From NCBI RefSeq assembly GCF_009914755.1, contig NC_060928.1: a DNA stretch of 64,000 nucleotides; one strand, written 5' to 3'. The translations under genes and the position numbers were made by a program. Positions 1-15,725 of the stretch are shown here, one piece after another (within the stretch, counting starts at the first letter, position 1; the number at the start of each line of letters is the position of its first letter). This DNA comes from the human T2T-CHM13v2.0 reference genome, Homo sapiens. The notes beneath the pieces were generated by a model. It was given only the letters and a program-made list of their open reading frames with translations, ran no database searches and had not been told where the DNA came from.

Positions 1-554
1 ATCAGATATTTAAAACGTTATAATTTTATAATTAGTATTTTTTACAATTAATACATTTGAACATTCTGTAAGTTTTTGCTATTTTGAAAATTTGAAATGT
101 CTTTTTCTTACTTCTTATAAATGCTTTTATATATTAGAGTTTAGTTCTAATTAATATAATCTGCAATTTTTAAGATCAGTTTGTCCTTTGCCTTTTAATT
201 TTATTTTATATATTTTATGATGTGTTTTTGGCAGATTTAAAAATTTTAACTCATTAAATCCTATCAATTTTCTTTTAAGTTCTTTCTTTGCTTTCATGTG
301 TAGGCCTTTTCAAGCATAAAGGTCAATTGCCCTGTCTTTTATTGGCCCACAGTTTGTGGACTTGCCCATTTCTATGCTGTACTAAATTTGAAACTTATAT
401 ATAATTGTAGCAGAAGTAAGAATGGATGGGAGAGGACTTGACCTTTGTATCTGTGTCCATTCCTGCTACTTACAGTCAATACAAGGTGTGGAAGAAGGGA
501 GGAAGTTCAGGAAATCATGCAATAGAAATGAGAGAAGTTTGAGCATCTTTCTAT

Positions 555-778
555 TTTAAGATGTTTAATTGACAAATGAAGATCAAATATAGTCAAGGTG
601 TACAACACGGTTGGATATGCATATATATTGTGTAATAATTACCACAATCAAATTAATTAACTCATCCATCACCCCCCATGCTGTACCTTAGATCCTCAGA
701 ACTTGTTCATCTTATAGCTGGAAGTTTGTAGCCTTGGCCAACATCTCCCTAGCCCTGGGTAACACTGTTCTACTCTGG
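555..778 (-). mobile_element. Old L1MA-type 3' end fragment
   Basis: Motifs caaggtgtacaac...attaccacaatcaaattaattaac...cagaacttgttcatcttata are typical of antisense L1MA 3'UTRs. Boundaries approximate. Confidence 0.65.
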
Positions 779-824
779 ATTGAGCACCAGTACACTGCAC
801 ACCTGGGTGGCTCTTTAGCAGGCT

Positions 825-970
825 AGCTCATTTAACCCTCAGAAGAGCCCACTGGTGAAGGGAATGTTGTCATACCATTTTATTATTATAGATCAAGAAA
901 CTGAGAGTGAAAAAGATTAAGTCACTTACCTATAGTTTCCAAGGCAGGAAGGGCTGAGCTGGGATCTGTG
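825..970 (-). mobile_element. MIR fragment
   Basis: tcatttaaccctca...gaaactgag...attaagtcactt core. Confidence 0.65.
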
Positions 971-1093
971 AATGTGCATGTGGCCAAGTAAATCCTTGGT
1001 CTGTGCAACTCAGTGCTTGGGTACATCATTTCCTGCTTGTCCTCCCTGTTGGCTATCACACTTTCTTCAGGGCCATGAGATCACTGGAACAGT

Positions 1094-1118
1094 TGAGAGA
1101 GAGAGAGAGAGAGACAGA
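1094..1118. repeat. (GA)n microsatellite
   Basis: Directly visible. Confidence 0.9.
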
Positions 1119-1568
1119 AAGGGGGGAGTGGAATATGGGAACTAATCAGGATAAAAAGTAAAGTCAAAGAAAGGAAACAGGATCAGAGAGAGCTACTGAA
1201 AAGGATATAGTCATTATGAAGAACACAGTAAACATATGTGTATTTGAATTGGGGCTTTATAGAATGTTTTAAATGGTAGGAGATTAGGTTATTTTTATTT
1301 TCTTTTTGTATTTTGTATTTACAAATTTTCTGAAATTTGTAAATAAAAAATCTTCGCGGTAATAGAAGGAGAAGTCCATGTTTAAACTGGCCTTTGACTT
1401 GAAGCCTTGCAAATTCCACTCTCAACCTTGCAAGCTCATAGCTTTATTCCACCTTTCCCTGAGCTCCATCCTTAATTTGGATAAGAGAAGATTTGTTTCT
1501 ATTTGGCTGAATGAAAGCCTGTGTTTTGGCACTAACCTTTTTTTTTTTTCTGTCTCCCTAACACACAG

Positions 1569-1728
1569 CATGGGACAGAATGGGCCTCTTCTCCATGTAG
1601 TGTGTGCTCTTGCAATCATGGGGAAGTCCGATGTACCCCCCAACCATGCCCACCGCTGTCATGTGGACACCAGGAGCTGGCATTCATCCCTGAAGGAAGC
1701 TGCTGCCCAGTTTGTGTGGGCCTTGGGA
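1569..1728 (+). CDS. FRAS1: FRAS1 exon 5 (160 nt, phase 0-1), VWC repeat HGTEWASSPCSVCSCNHGEVRC...CCPVCVGLG
   Basis: Poly-T/pyrimidine tract then CAG at 1566-1568; donor A|GTGAGT at 1729; CxC and CCPxC VWC motifs. Confidence 0.96.
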
Positions 1729-1781
1729 GTGAGTATGAGCTTGTAGAAGGGGACCCTCTTTGCTTGGGAGGTTCACATGGC

Positions 1782-2751
1782 TATCGGGGGAACCAGCCCT
1801 CAATATTTCAACATAGGTTCTTTCTATTTTCCCTAAATGTTGGCTGGTCTGAGAAATAGAAAGAGTACAAAGAGAGGAATTTTACAGCTGGGCCTCCAGG
1901 GATGACATCACATATCAGTAGGACCGTGATGCCCTCTGAGCCACAAAACCAGCAAGTTTTTATTAGAGATTTTAAAAGGAGAGGGGGTGTACGAACAGGG
2001 AGTAGGTCACAAAGACCACATGCTTCAAAGGGCAATAAAGATCACAAGGCAAAGGCAAAATTAGAATTACTGATGAGGGTCTGTGTCCCGCTGTGCACGT
2101 ATTGTCTTGATAAACATCTTAACGGAAAACAGGGTTTGAGAGCAAAGAACTGGTCTGACCACAATTTACCGGGCTGGAATTTCCCAATCCTAGTAAGCCT
2201 GAGGGTACTGCAGGAGACCAGGGTGTATTTCAGTCCTTATCGCAACCACATAAGACAGAACTCCCAGAGTGGCCGTTTATAGACCTCCCCCCAGGAATGC
2301 ATTCCTTCCTCAGGGTATTCCTTGCTGGGAAAATAATTCAGCGATATCTCTCTTACTTGCACGTCCATTTATAGGCTGTCTGCAAGAAGAAAAAATATGG
2401 CTCTATTCTACCCGACCCCACAGGCAGTCAGACCTTATGGTTACCTTCCCTTATTCCCTGATTATCTTCCCTTATTCCCTGAAAATTGCTTATTCTGTTC
2501 TTTTTCAAGGTGTACTGATTTCATATTGTTCAAACACACGTTTTACAATCAATTTGTACAATAGTTGTCCTGAGGTGACATACATTCTCAGCTTGTGAAG
2601 ATAACGGGATTAAAAGATTAAAGACAGGCATAAGAAATTGTAAGAGTATTATTAGAGAGGTGATAAATGTCCATGAAATCTTCACAGTTTGTGTTCTTCT
2701 GCCTTGGTTCCAGCTGGTCCCTCCGTTTGGGGTCCCTGACTTCCCACAACA
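1782..2751 (-). mobile_element. MER11 solo LTR (HERV-K11/HML-8 group), 970 bp
   Basis: Minus strand starts TGTTGTGGGAAGTCAGGGACCCC and ends GGTTCCCCCGATA (MER11 termini); perfect 6-bp TSD CATGGC at 1776-1781 and 2752-2757. Confidence 0.9.
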
Positions 2752-3869
2752 CATGGCGACACCCCAACTCTTCTCTTTCTTGCTCAGTGTGGCTCAAAGA
2801 TTTCCTAACCCCATTCCGTATTGGAATCAAGTGCAAAACCTTGCACTTGGAAGGGCGCAGTGTCCCAGAGAGTGAGATTGGAACAAATCCTTAAGCGCCC
2901 TTCCAAATTTGAGATTCTGTGAGTTTCTGATTTACAGTTCTGCATTCACAGCTCCTGAGAAGCAAGGGAATAGGGAAAAGATCCTTTGATATGATTCCAT
3001 AAGGCTAAGGTGGTTCCTTTTGCCTCCTTAGTGGACAGAAAAAGGAATAACTCAGTTCTCTGTCTGTGTAGTATCATCAACACTATTTCTGTTGGCTTGT
3101 CTTTGAGATGACATAACATCTTTCTCCAAGACACACACAACAGGAAGCATGCCTTTTATTTGTCTTTACTTATTTGTCTTTATTTATTATGTCTTTATTT
3201 ATGAAATAAAGACATGCTCCCCATGTAGGTGTCACTGAAGAAATTATGCCCACCTAGAAACCAAGACACCCAGATTTTGTTCAGCAAACCAGAGTCAGAC
3301 TTTTAGGCCCTCTCCTCAGAATCCATGCTTGTTCCCATACTCTTTTTATTACACTTTGTGGATCTGTGTCCCCTTCCATTTTTATAACTAGGTAGTGTAT
3401 ACCGTATAATAAATAGGAATTATTGTCATTGCTGTATTAGGCACTCTCACAACATGTAATAGCCAGAATACTTTTATTTAACAGCAACTGGAAGGTACAC
3501 TCTATTCTTGCTTTTTCTCATTAAAAGGATACCTCATTTCTTTCTGATCCCCAGTTATTCCATTTCCAGCAATCCTTTATTTACACTGGAGAATTCCAGG
3601 GATGAAAAAATATGCCCAAGAATTGATGAAAGGAAAATGCTTGCCTGATGCATTTCAGATGTCACCTACCAGAAAAGGACTGACAGACATTTTGGGCTAA
3701 AAAACCAACCCTACAAGTGAAAATACTTGGAACAACAGAGTTGGGGGTGGTGTGGGGAGTAGGTTGTCTGAGTTTGTGGGATTCTTTCTTAAGTCCTAAG
3801 AGGCCTTCTCATTGACTCTCCATGAGAAAGACTTTGGACGTATATTTCCTGGAAAGATTGGAGGATCAA

Positions 3870-4382
3870 CTGGGGCCAACAACATAATTTGCAAAAATGT
3901 AGGGTCTCTTGTTCAAAAAGAAAGAGGAGAAAAAGCTTTTTTGTTGTTTTTTTGTTTGCCTCTGTGATCTCTTTCTCTCAACCTGTCATATTTGTCATGT
4001 TTTTTAGTTGCTATTTAATGTTTTCCTCCTTTGGGCCTGGGAATGAAGGGTGAGAGGATACCCTCACAGACACCCCAGGCTCTACCCTGTGACTTGGTGC
4101 ATAGGGCGCATGCAACCTCCTGGCACCAGCCTCCACGAGGGTTGGGGATGACAGCATTCATTGGGATGGAGTGGAGGAGCTGGTAGCTGAGAACTCATCC
4201 CAGGAAGCCAGCAGCAGGTGGGACCACACATGAGCTGAGCCTCAAAACTTCACCTATAAAACACAAATTCAGAGATTTCAAGATAGTGACTGCAGAGCAT
4301 TGAACACCAAATGCAGGACCTCCTTCTGTGCACTGGGCTTCTGACCAACTGCACTGGCTGCATGCCCATGCAGTCAGCCCTG
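3870..4382 (+). mobile_element. MER45-family hAT DNA transposon fossil
   Basis: Ends resemble MER45 (gggccaacaacataatttgc...cttgttcaaaa; gcccatgcagtcagccctg). Subfamily uncertain. Confidence 0.55.
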
Positions 4383-4433
4383 GGATCAACAAATGCCACC
4401 CCCCTAGTAATCCTTGTTTCTTTGACCTTCCAG

Positions 4434-4567
4434 AACCCTGTTCCTATGAAGGCCATGTGTTTCAGGATGGGGAGGACTGGCGGCTGAGCCGGTGTGCCAA
4501 ATGTCTGTGTAGAAATGGGGTTGCCCAGTGCTTCACAGCTCAGTGTCAGCCTCTATTTTGTAACCAG
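4434..4567 (+). CDS. FRAS1: FRAS1 exon 6 (134 nt, phase 1-0), (K)PCSYEGHVFQDGEDW...PLFCNQ
   Basis: Acceptor ccttccag; donor CAG|GTAAGG; frame continues from exon 5. Confidence 0.96.
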
Positions 4568-6229
4568 GTAAGGAAGACAACCTCAGCATGCAGCCTTCAC
4601 GGGCTATTGAAGAACTTGGAGTCTCTTCTGAGATTATGGCAGGCAGGCCTCAGAAGCACTAGAAACAAGAAGCAAAGCCCTTTTTGTTTTCCTCATACTT
4701 TTGGAGACCACCTCTGAGACATTTCTTTTACCCTTAGAAACTACAGATAGGTCTAATTACCAGCCACTTAGGCTAATTGTTATATAATGCAACTGAGCCT
4801 TGAGGATTCACACAAGGAAGCCTCCAGCTCTAATGGCAGATGCTCCAAAAATGTCAAGCTAAACATCTGCAAAATTCAATAATGTGATTAGATTTGTTAT
4901 TGTTTTTCATTGCATAGGTATAGTCTGCTTTTTTAAGACATAATGCATATCTTTGAACATGATTATCCAGATGTACACAATTTAATTCTTATAGGATAAT
5001 GATTCAAATTATGAAAGGATTTTCTCTGAGGACGTTTAAGATAGTGGGATTTTGTTGTTCATTTAAAGCTGATCTGATTCTCAAAACATTAGACTCTTCA
5101 CACAAATTTAGAAGAGAAAATCAATTGTAAATAAATGTGGTATACGTGGTATTTTATATTATAGTTTTTTACTCTTCCAGAGGCTCGAATGGCTATTCCA
5201 TGGCAGTTGATAGGTAACCATGAAAGGAGTTTGCCTCCAGTCAAAAAATAGCTCATTTTTTGATCTAAGGAAAAGCTGGAAGCCAACATTCAGTTGATAC
5301 AAAGCAGTACTTTGTGTCAAATGAAACAAAATCAATAACATAGCATATTGTGACAATTGGGCAATATTTTTAAAGGTGACAAAAGGCAATTAGACAAGAA
5401 ATGCTAAATGCCAAATAAAGGAGAAATGTATCTAATTGAAAGACTGGATTGTATTATCCACACCACACCAACTACTGTGCTCATGTCTCATCTCCCAATT
5501 CATCACAAAGCCATATCCTTGCTTTAAGATGGCAGATGAGCTTGTTCATAGAGTTGCACAGTGTCTTGCTCTAATGCTCTTACATTTGGAGGACACTCTA
5601 GTGTTGAGGCATTCTGATTAAGCCCATTTTGGGGCCTAGTCCCTTGGGGTAGGAAGGATAATTAAGCAGTTTGCCACCATAACAATAAGGGAGGTGGGAA
5701 GGAGGAATGGAAAGAAGACTCCATTGGAAACCTTCTGCTTTAAATCCTCAAAAATGTAACCTCAGACTGCATATTAGGGGACCAGCTACTGGAATAATTG
5801 AAAGTACTGTTTCTCATATTTAAAATCATTAAACATAAACTCTAGCTTCATGCACAATATTCACTTACAGTTTGTATTGATATACATAATTAATGTAAAA
5901 AGATGAAATTTGGTACCATACTTTAGAGCTAATTAATATGCAAGCAATTCTGAAGACTTGGAAATAGATTTATTTTAATCACTGTTGTATCATTAAGTCT
6001 ATATTCTTGCCATTACATACATAAAAAAACTCAACTGTGAGATCATTTAGAACCATTTTTCTTGATTTATTATCATTATTAAATTTTGGATGTTTATCAT
6101 ACCTGATGATAGTTTGTTAACAAATACACTGGATGTTCTGATGATCCAAAGGGGTGCTATCAAATTAGCGCTATTGTTGGAAAATATCACCCCACCTCTA
6201 CCATACCTACCACCACCACCATCCCTACC

Positions 6230-6385
6230 ACCATTTTGGGTGTTTACTATGTGTCAGCCATTAATTATAAGAGCTTGTAAATTCTTATAACAGTCCTACA
6301 GAGTAGGAGCTATTATTATGATTTCTGTTCTATAGCTGATAAAACTGAGGTCCAGAGAGTGTAAGTAACTTGCTCAAAGTGTCAG
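6230..6385 (-). mobile_element. MIR fragment
   Basis: tttactatgtgtcag...aaactgaggtccagagag...aagtaacttgctcaaag. Confidence 0.7.
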
Positions 6386-6498
6386 CACTTTTAACCTAAA
6401 CTGTTCTACATTGCAATCTCAGAAGACTATATGTGACTTATATTTTTAATCAGTATGCTACTACTCCCGGAATAATGAGTTACACATTTATATATAAT

Positions 6499-6561
6499 AC
6501 TGGCTGGTGCAAAAGTAATGGCCATTACCAAGGCCATGATTACTTTTGCACCTGCCTAATA
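6499..6561. mobile_element. MADE1 (Hsmar1-derived MITE)
   Basis: Inverted repeats ggtgcaaaagtaat ... attacttttgcacc. Confidence 0.85.
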
Positions 6562-7166
6562 ATAACCATAATAATGATGTTTGCTAACATCAAGCCTTCC
6601 AAGAATGTTATATACATTACATCATTAAATATAAGGGAAACACAAGTTTATCAGTACAAATATATTTTCAGGTCTTGAATTCTGGAAAAATTTGCAACCT
6701 GTCTTCAAGGATTTTCATGATTTTTAATGTAAGGTTTTTATTTTTATTTTTTAAGTTTCAAAAGGAATTTTGTAATCATTAAGGAAAGTTTGGCAAGGGT
6801 GGACAAGCTGAGAGGAAAACAATCACCCATATTTCCACCATTCAAAAAGACCAAGATAGATTTGGTGGTGGAGAGGGGAGGAGAATTCATTCCAGTCTTT
6901 TGGTAAGAAAATGTAGATATGTTTGTTAGCATAGTTATAATCACATTTTAAAAATTGGTGATAATCCTTGACAAGAGGAGAAATTCCTTGTGTTCATATA
7001 AGGGGTTATTCTTCTAACGAAGGATGTAAATTCATACTGAAATTGCGTGCTTTCAACTTTTGTCCAGATTCTTTGTAAACGGAGCCATAACCATAACCCT
7101 TCCACATTTCTGTAGGCTCACTGAAATTGTTTGTTCAGTCTGATGAGAGTTCTTGAGAGATTTTTA

Positions 7167-7552
<386 letters not shown>

Positions 7553-7813
7553 AAGAAAGATAAATGATTGGTAAGTCTTCTGAGCCTTTACGCATTTGAG
7601 TATGATTTTCTTGTTGCTGTCATACATGAAAGACAATTGGGGGTATCTAAAATTTGGAAGGACTATAATCTCTTCCCATCCTGACCCTATGGACTCCTTT
7701 CCACTGAATTTTGGAATTTAGTGCCATGGAGGAGAAATCTGAGGTTTGTCTGCTTTCTATTGTATTACATGCAGCTAATTTTACTCTATTGCATTCTTGT
7801 AGGATGTTTCTTT

Positions 7814-10073
<2,260 letters not shown>

Positions 10074-10585
10074 CTAGGTGAGGTATCTTTTTATATATTT
10101 TTGTCTGGAATATTATGGAGCTCTTTTAGACTGTATTCCAGTTTTTGAAATGTTTTCTTCAGTGATGGCTTTGATTAATCATATCTGTTCCAATTATTCT
10201 CACTTCTCCAGAAATATCTATGACTCTTAGATTGCTCCTCTCTGTTTCCTTCTCTTTATAAATCATGTTCTCTCTCATCATTTTTCACTGTGCCTTTCCT
10301 CTGCATGGCGAGATTTTCTTAAGTTTATATCTAGTATCTCTAATACTGATTTTAATTTGATAATTTTGCTTTAATTAAGTCTTTTTTATTTCTACTATCA
10401 TTGGTTCATCTACTTTTTTATCCTGTTGATTTTTTATTGCTTCCTGCTTCTGTTTGATAAAGTCTGAATATTCTTGCATCTTACTGAACTTACAAAATGG
10501 CTTTTAAACATTTTTGTTTAGATCCTGTATAGTTTTCAGAAGTCTGCTGTTTCTCTGAATCTTTAGAGTGTTACTCCTTTGTCTT

Positions 10586-11112
10586 TGATGGGATTCTGGA
10601 CATGCTATCCCCAAATATAGCATCTTGGCATATTGAATATTTTAAGCAGAAGGAATTTGAGTAAACGGGAGTAGCAGGAAAATCACTTTGACCTTCCCCC
10701 TGCGCTTCTACCTTGAAGCAGGTCATGAAGCTTAGGAAGCATTTTCAGATCTTTCCCTAAAGCAGGTTTTAAGACTCTCATGTGAGAGATGCTGTCCTTA
10801 CACCCGTACAAAAGAAACACCCTTATCTCCGAAGACACAGGGACACAGAAAAAATCTGAACAAATACACCTTGCAAATTTTTCCCCAGTATGTTATCATT
10901 AGATCATGCTTTTTGCCCAATGGAATGACTATCCATTCTTTGTCACAGCTACTCTAAAAAAACACTCAGGTTTAAGTGTTTCTTTGGGTCTTTATTTCCT
11001 TATGAAGGTTCCTGTGTCACATAAAACTTAAATAAGTTTTTATGCTTTTCTCTTGTTAATCTGCCTCAGCTATGAACTTAGGATGAGTAGAAGATATTTT
11101 TCCTTTCCTACC
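10586..11112 (+). mobile_element. MER34/MER39-like ERV1 solo LTR
   Basis: tg...catgctatccccaaatatagcatcttggcatattgaatattttaagc start and tatgcttttctcttgttaatctg near the end. Subfamily uncertain. Confidence 0.6.
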
Positions 11113-12022
11113 TATCATTCTTCAGAGTTTTCTCCCAAGTTCCCTTCTTTCTATTTACTCATCCTTCATCAAGAAAAATCAGACTATAGTCACTGCTTGA
11201 AAGCTGCAAGGGTAAGTAGATTTATAGCCAGATGCTAGGAAATAAGCATGCCACCTAATCCAAGGGTCTGGCAAGTTTTCACTTAGTGTAGTTACATTGA
11301 CTGAGATCATTTCTTTTTCTTTCTCCACTGCCCAGCCCTCTTATCTTCTGATCACATGGAACAAAAAACTCAGATCCTCAGCCTGCACTGCTTTGAAGGC
11401 TCTTTCCATGTCTCTCTCTGACTGTGATTCTTTACACCGGGGCACTCTCCTTCCTCACTGCTTTTCATCACTCCCTCTTCTTCCCCAGCACACATACTTC
11501 CCACTCATGTTTTATTGTTTGACATCATGGGCTCTGACTAGATGCAGAAAGAAAGATATTAAGGGAGGTGAAAGGCTAGGGCTAACTCTTTGCCTCAAAC
11601 AGCAGTGGCCACACATTGGAGGGAGGAAGGCCATATTCTGTTAGAGCTAGGAAGGTGGAAAGTTGGGAAGAGATGATGGTTCTTATTTTTATTTAGGCTT
11701 GCAATGGCAGGCCATAGAATGTCTTAGGGTCAGTGGGATTTCCTCCTGGCAATGGCAGGAGGTGGACTGTTTGTCTTACTCTTTGGTGGTGGGGTTTTAA
11801 TCTCTTTCTATATTTTCAAGAGTATTGTGCTGGGGAGAAATTTTGTCAAGAGCTTTCATCCATAATACACTATAAACTTCTTTATCATAAGTATTTTTAT
11901 TTAAGGAATACTGAAAACCATAGCCGAATACATCTTTAGTGATAGTCCTACCCCAAATTGTAGTGGCATTAGTAATATGTTTTAGTACTAAACTCCTGTT
12001 TACTGAGGGCACCATATTAGAC

Positions 12023-12243
12023 CTAGGGTTGGCAAACTTTTTCCATAAAGAACCAGATAACAAACATTTTTAGCCTTGTGTGCCATACAGTTGGAACAAC
12101 TACTGAATTATACCATCATAGCACAAAACCAGCCATAGACAATATGTAAATGAATGGGCATAGCTATGTTCCAGTAAAGCTTTATTTACAAAAACAGGCA
12201 GTGGGCTGGATTTAGCCCACAGACCATTGTTTGTTGGCCCGTG
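12023..12243 (+). mobile_element. MER58A (hAT-Charlie MITE), complete
   Basis: Matches MER58A along its length; perfect 8-bp TSD TATTAGAC at 12015-12022 and 12244-12251. Confidence 0.9.
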
Positions 12244-13804
12244 TATTAGACTCTGTGGTTAGAAGGGCATGTATATGGTGGTCAGAATGATAGAATTCAG
12301 GTGTATGGTAGCAACAAAAGTATACTGTCAAAAAGCCTTTCCTATCTCTGCTCCACCTCCCTACTCAGCTGCTTCTTACTTCCTCTCCAGTTCTGGCTGT
12401 AAAGCACCAGCCCAGATGGATCTCAGCTCTCAATCGTGTAGTTCTCTTGTTTCCTGAAAATTTTTTCTTTAATGCTTTTCCTTCCTGCTCTTGTTGGTTT
12501 ATATTTTTGAAGAAAGATTCTGTTTTGATCAATACAATGTATAATTAGATGTTGCCAATAAGATTTGGAAAGCACAATTTGCCCTATACCAACCACCATA
12601 CAGGTAATACCTCCCTCCCTGCATACACTCACGGGGACTCTGCTACAGTTCTTGAGTCTACTCCACGTTGGTTAAGATAGATTGATGCTAACTCTATGCC
12701 TATTCAAGATTTGTGATTTTGACATTTGTTTCCTGTTTGTCTGACATTGTGTAAGGCTTAGTTCATTTGTTTATTATAATAAAGTTGCTGAATAGTGTAA
12801 CATCAGCTAACCTTCATTTTCTCACTGAAAGCTTATTAAACTGAAGAGATCTGTCTGTAGTCAAGAAACACTAAATGATTTCAGTGCAAGTTCAATTTCC
12901 ACATATTCCATTAAACAATCAGTGGTCATAATACTTTGCATATAGAAAAATAAAGAAATAAAACAACCTAAAACAGAGAAAATAGTTGTCAATTTAATTC
13001 TAGTGGTTCAGGCATTTGAAATAAATCCCAGTTAGGTAGTAATACATGAATCCAACTGATCATATATAATGGGGTTAAAGAATTGCTGAGGTATGACTGG
13101 GGTTTTCCACGAAAAATTAAAAGTTCTGTGACTCCACCCCTCCCAAGTAGACTGGCCTTCTTGTTCTTGCAGCATGAATACCAGAGTAACAATGACAATA
13201 AAATTGTGTTTTCTACTCCTCATAAGAGAAAGTGAAGACAACTGTTCTAGATTTATCTTCTGTATAAGATCTACCACTTCTTAGTTATTGACACTTGGTT
13301 TGTTCTCACCATTTCCTCTGCCTTTCATGTCTCCTTTCCTGACATTGAAGAAGGCTGTAGTGATAAGTCAAAGTGAGAGGCTGACTCTTTGGCATTAATG
13401 AAAATTAAAGAAAGAAAATTCTTCTTAGGGCAGCAGAGACAAATAGTCTGATATTCTGGGAGTGGTGGTTGTGGCAGAGGTGAGAATGTAGGGACATAGA
13501 GTAGCTGGGAAAGGGTTCTTTGGGCATTTAATCTGTCACCCACATTTCTCTGCACTGGCTTATTCCCAGATACCTAGAGATATGAGTGATTTTTTTTCAT
13601 GTGAAAGACCTCTCCAATGCACATATAAATATGTATCCATTCATGTAAATAAATTTATACATTTATATATGCAAAATAATAGTGAAGTAGCTTATCAAAG
13701 GAAGGATACCTTCACTTTTGAGTTTCAGGATGATTCAGCAGGAGTATCAATGTTCTTAAATGTTGGTATGGTTGGTACTCAGAAGTCCTGCTGCCAACCA
13801 GTTA

Positions 13805-13945
13805 CCATTACCAAGTTAGCTGTGTGACCTTGGGCAAGTTACACACCTCTCTGGTCTTTACTATTCTCTTTTGTAAAGCAAGGATAAGAGCATCTACTCA
13901 TAGGGTCATGTGAAGCACTTAGAACAGTGCCTGGAAGACACCAAG
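13805..13945 (+). mobile_element. MIR fragment
   Basis: agctgtgtgaccttgggcaagtta core; aagcacttagaacagtgcctgg. Confidence 0.8.
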
Positions 13946-14211
13946 AACCATTATTATTGTTATTTGTGCTTTTCTTTGTTTTTAAAATAAGACAGGACTT
14001 GAGGCATGTGCAAACTTCTTAAGGGCACACTGACCTTGGAATTGTTCATTCTTATCAGAGTCCCAGGTGACTAAGAAATGTTAAATGAGAGGCAAGTGCT
14101 GTTATAGATGCTTGGGGGCATGATTTAGTTGGCTGTGAATGAAATTTTCCTGCTGTTGTGGATCTTATTAATATCACTTTGTGATGGATTGTTCCTGTTC
14201 TGCATGTTAAG

Positions 14212-14295
14212 GATGAGACTGTAGTCCGAGTCCCTGGAAAATGTTGCCCGCAGTGCTCTGCAAGATCCTGCTCTGCAGCTGGCCAAGTATACGAG
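14212..14295 (+). CDS. FRAS1: FRAS1 exon 7 (84 nt, phase 0-0), DETVVRVPGKCCPQCSARSCSAAGQVYE
   Basis: AAG acceptor at 14209-14211; donor GAG|GTAAGC; CCPQC motif completes the VWC repeat. Not shown in the ORF track. Confidence 0.95.
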
Positions 14296-14789
14296 GTAAG
14301 CTTTCATGCTCCCCATGTAGGTGTTTTGACATCCGTTCTCACACATCTGCCCTCCACCCACTCCAGCCACCATAAGTCACCACCCTCATGTCTGACTCTG
14401 CCAGGAATAGTAACTCAGTACATAAACAGCTTTTCTCTTCTCTTCACAGAAAACTTGTAGGAAAAAATTAAGTTGAAGAGGATTAGAAATATAAAGGAAT
14501 GTGCTGGCAAGCAGAACCTAGTTTAAGAACCTTGGTGAACTTACTGTTCACATGTCTTGAGGGGGAAAAAAAGGGCTATTATTGATTACCATCAGTTTAC
14601 ATTTAGCTTTGAGGCTCTGTGGATGTTTTTCTGCTTTGGTTGGATTTTATGCATTGACATCTGGAGACCGTCCCCTCACACCCCTGCCATCTTACACTGG
14701 GGAAAACCTGGCGGTGGTAGAAGACAGAGGGAAGGGAGGCGAGAGGCTGTTGGTGGTAGAACCTGCAAACTCAAAAGTACTATTGGATA

Positions 14790-14880
14790 GCCTGGATAAC
14801 GATGTGCCTAACATGTAGTAAGCATCAAATAAAGATGAGTTTAACAAATTGAATGAATGGATGAATGAATGAGTGAATGT
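14790..14880 (+). mobile_element. L2 3' tail
   Basis: gtgcctaacatgtagtaagcatcaaataaa followed by (TGAA)n. Confidence 0.65.
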
Positions 14881-15239
14881 TCTGTCTTGGGAGTGCCTAG
14901 CTGGTCCAGAAAAAGGTTACATTACTCAAAAGCAAAGAACACATAAAAAAATAAACTCAATTACTTCCCTTACTCGCCAGCCACTCTAAAAAAGACTAAA
15001 TAGAAATTGGGGTCATGACTCTCAGTAGAAAATCTGAAACTAAGTATTAGGGGATAGGTGCCTCACAAATTCTAGGCAGGTCACTTGAAATCTGAATGAA
15101 AATAACTAATTGGGAAGGATTTTTATATGTGCTAGATCTGTGCTGCCTGACACAGTGGCCACATATGTGGCTTGCATTATATTTTTATTGGACAGGATTG
15201 TTAGACTGAGTTTTTCTTTGAAGAGACAGGCTTTATATC

Positions 15240-15725
15240 TGTAATGGCATCTTCAACTACAAGGAACAGAAATCCCACTCTAAAAGTGCCTAAAATGCTA
15301 ACATTAATTATGTCATCTAGAGGTGGGATGGGGCAGCTGCAGGGTTTCTCAATTCAGGTCTCAATGATGCCTTCAAGGATCTAAGCTCTTTTGATCTTTC
15401 CACCTGCCACCCTTAACATGTTGGCATTTGCCCTTCATCTTGTCCCCTCCCATCCCCAAGGAGACCTCCTCAGCCCTGGGCAGCTCATCCTCACACAGCT
15501 ATTACTAAAGGTTGGTAGAAGAGAGGGGTGGGATTTTGTTTCATGTGGGAGGAGAATTTTTACTTTGACCTCCACCACTCTAGCAAATTTCCCGTGAGGT
15601 CCCCTCCGGTTGGACAGTGTCCATGCCCTAGCTGCAAGGGAAGCTGGCAAAGTGAGTATATGGCAGTGAGGGCTGGGTCTCCTGGCAAAGGCAAGAGCTA
15701 AAGAATGCCATGGATGAGCCAGTCA
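15240..15725 (-). mobile_element. Old MaLR (MLT1-type) LTR remnant
   Basis: aacagaaatcccactct...ctcaatgatgccttcaagga...ctagctgcaagggaagctgg resembles MLT1J-L. Highly diverged. Confidence 0.45.
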
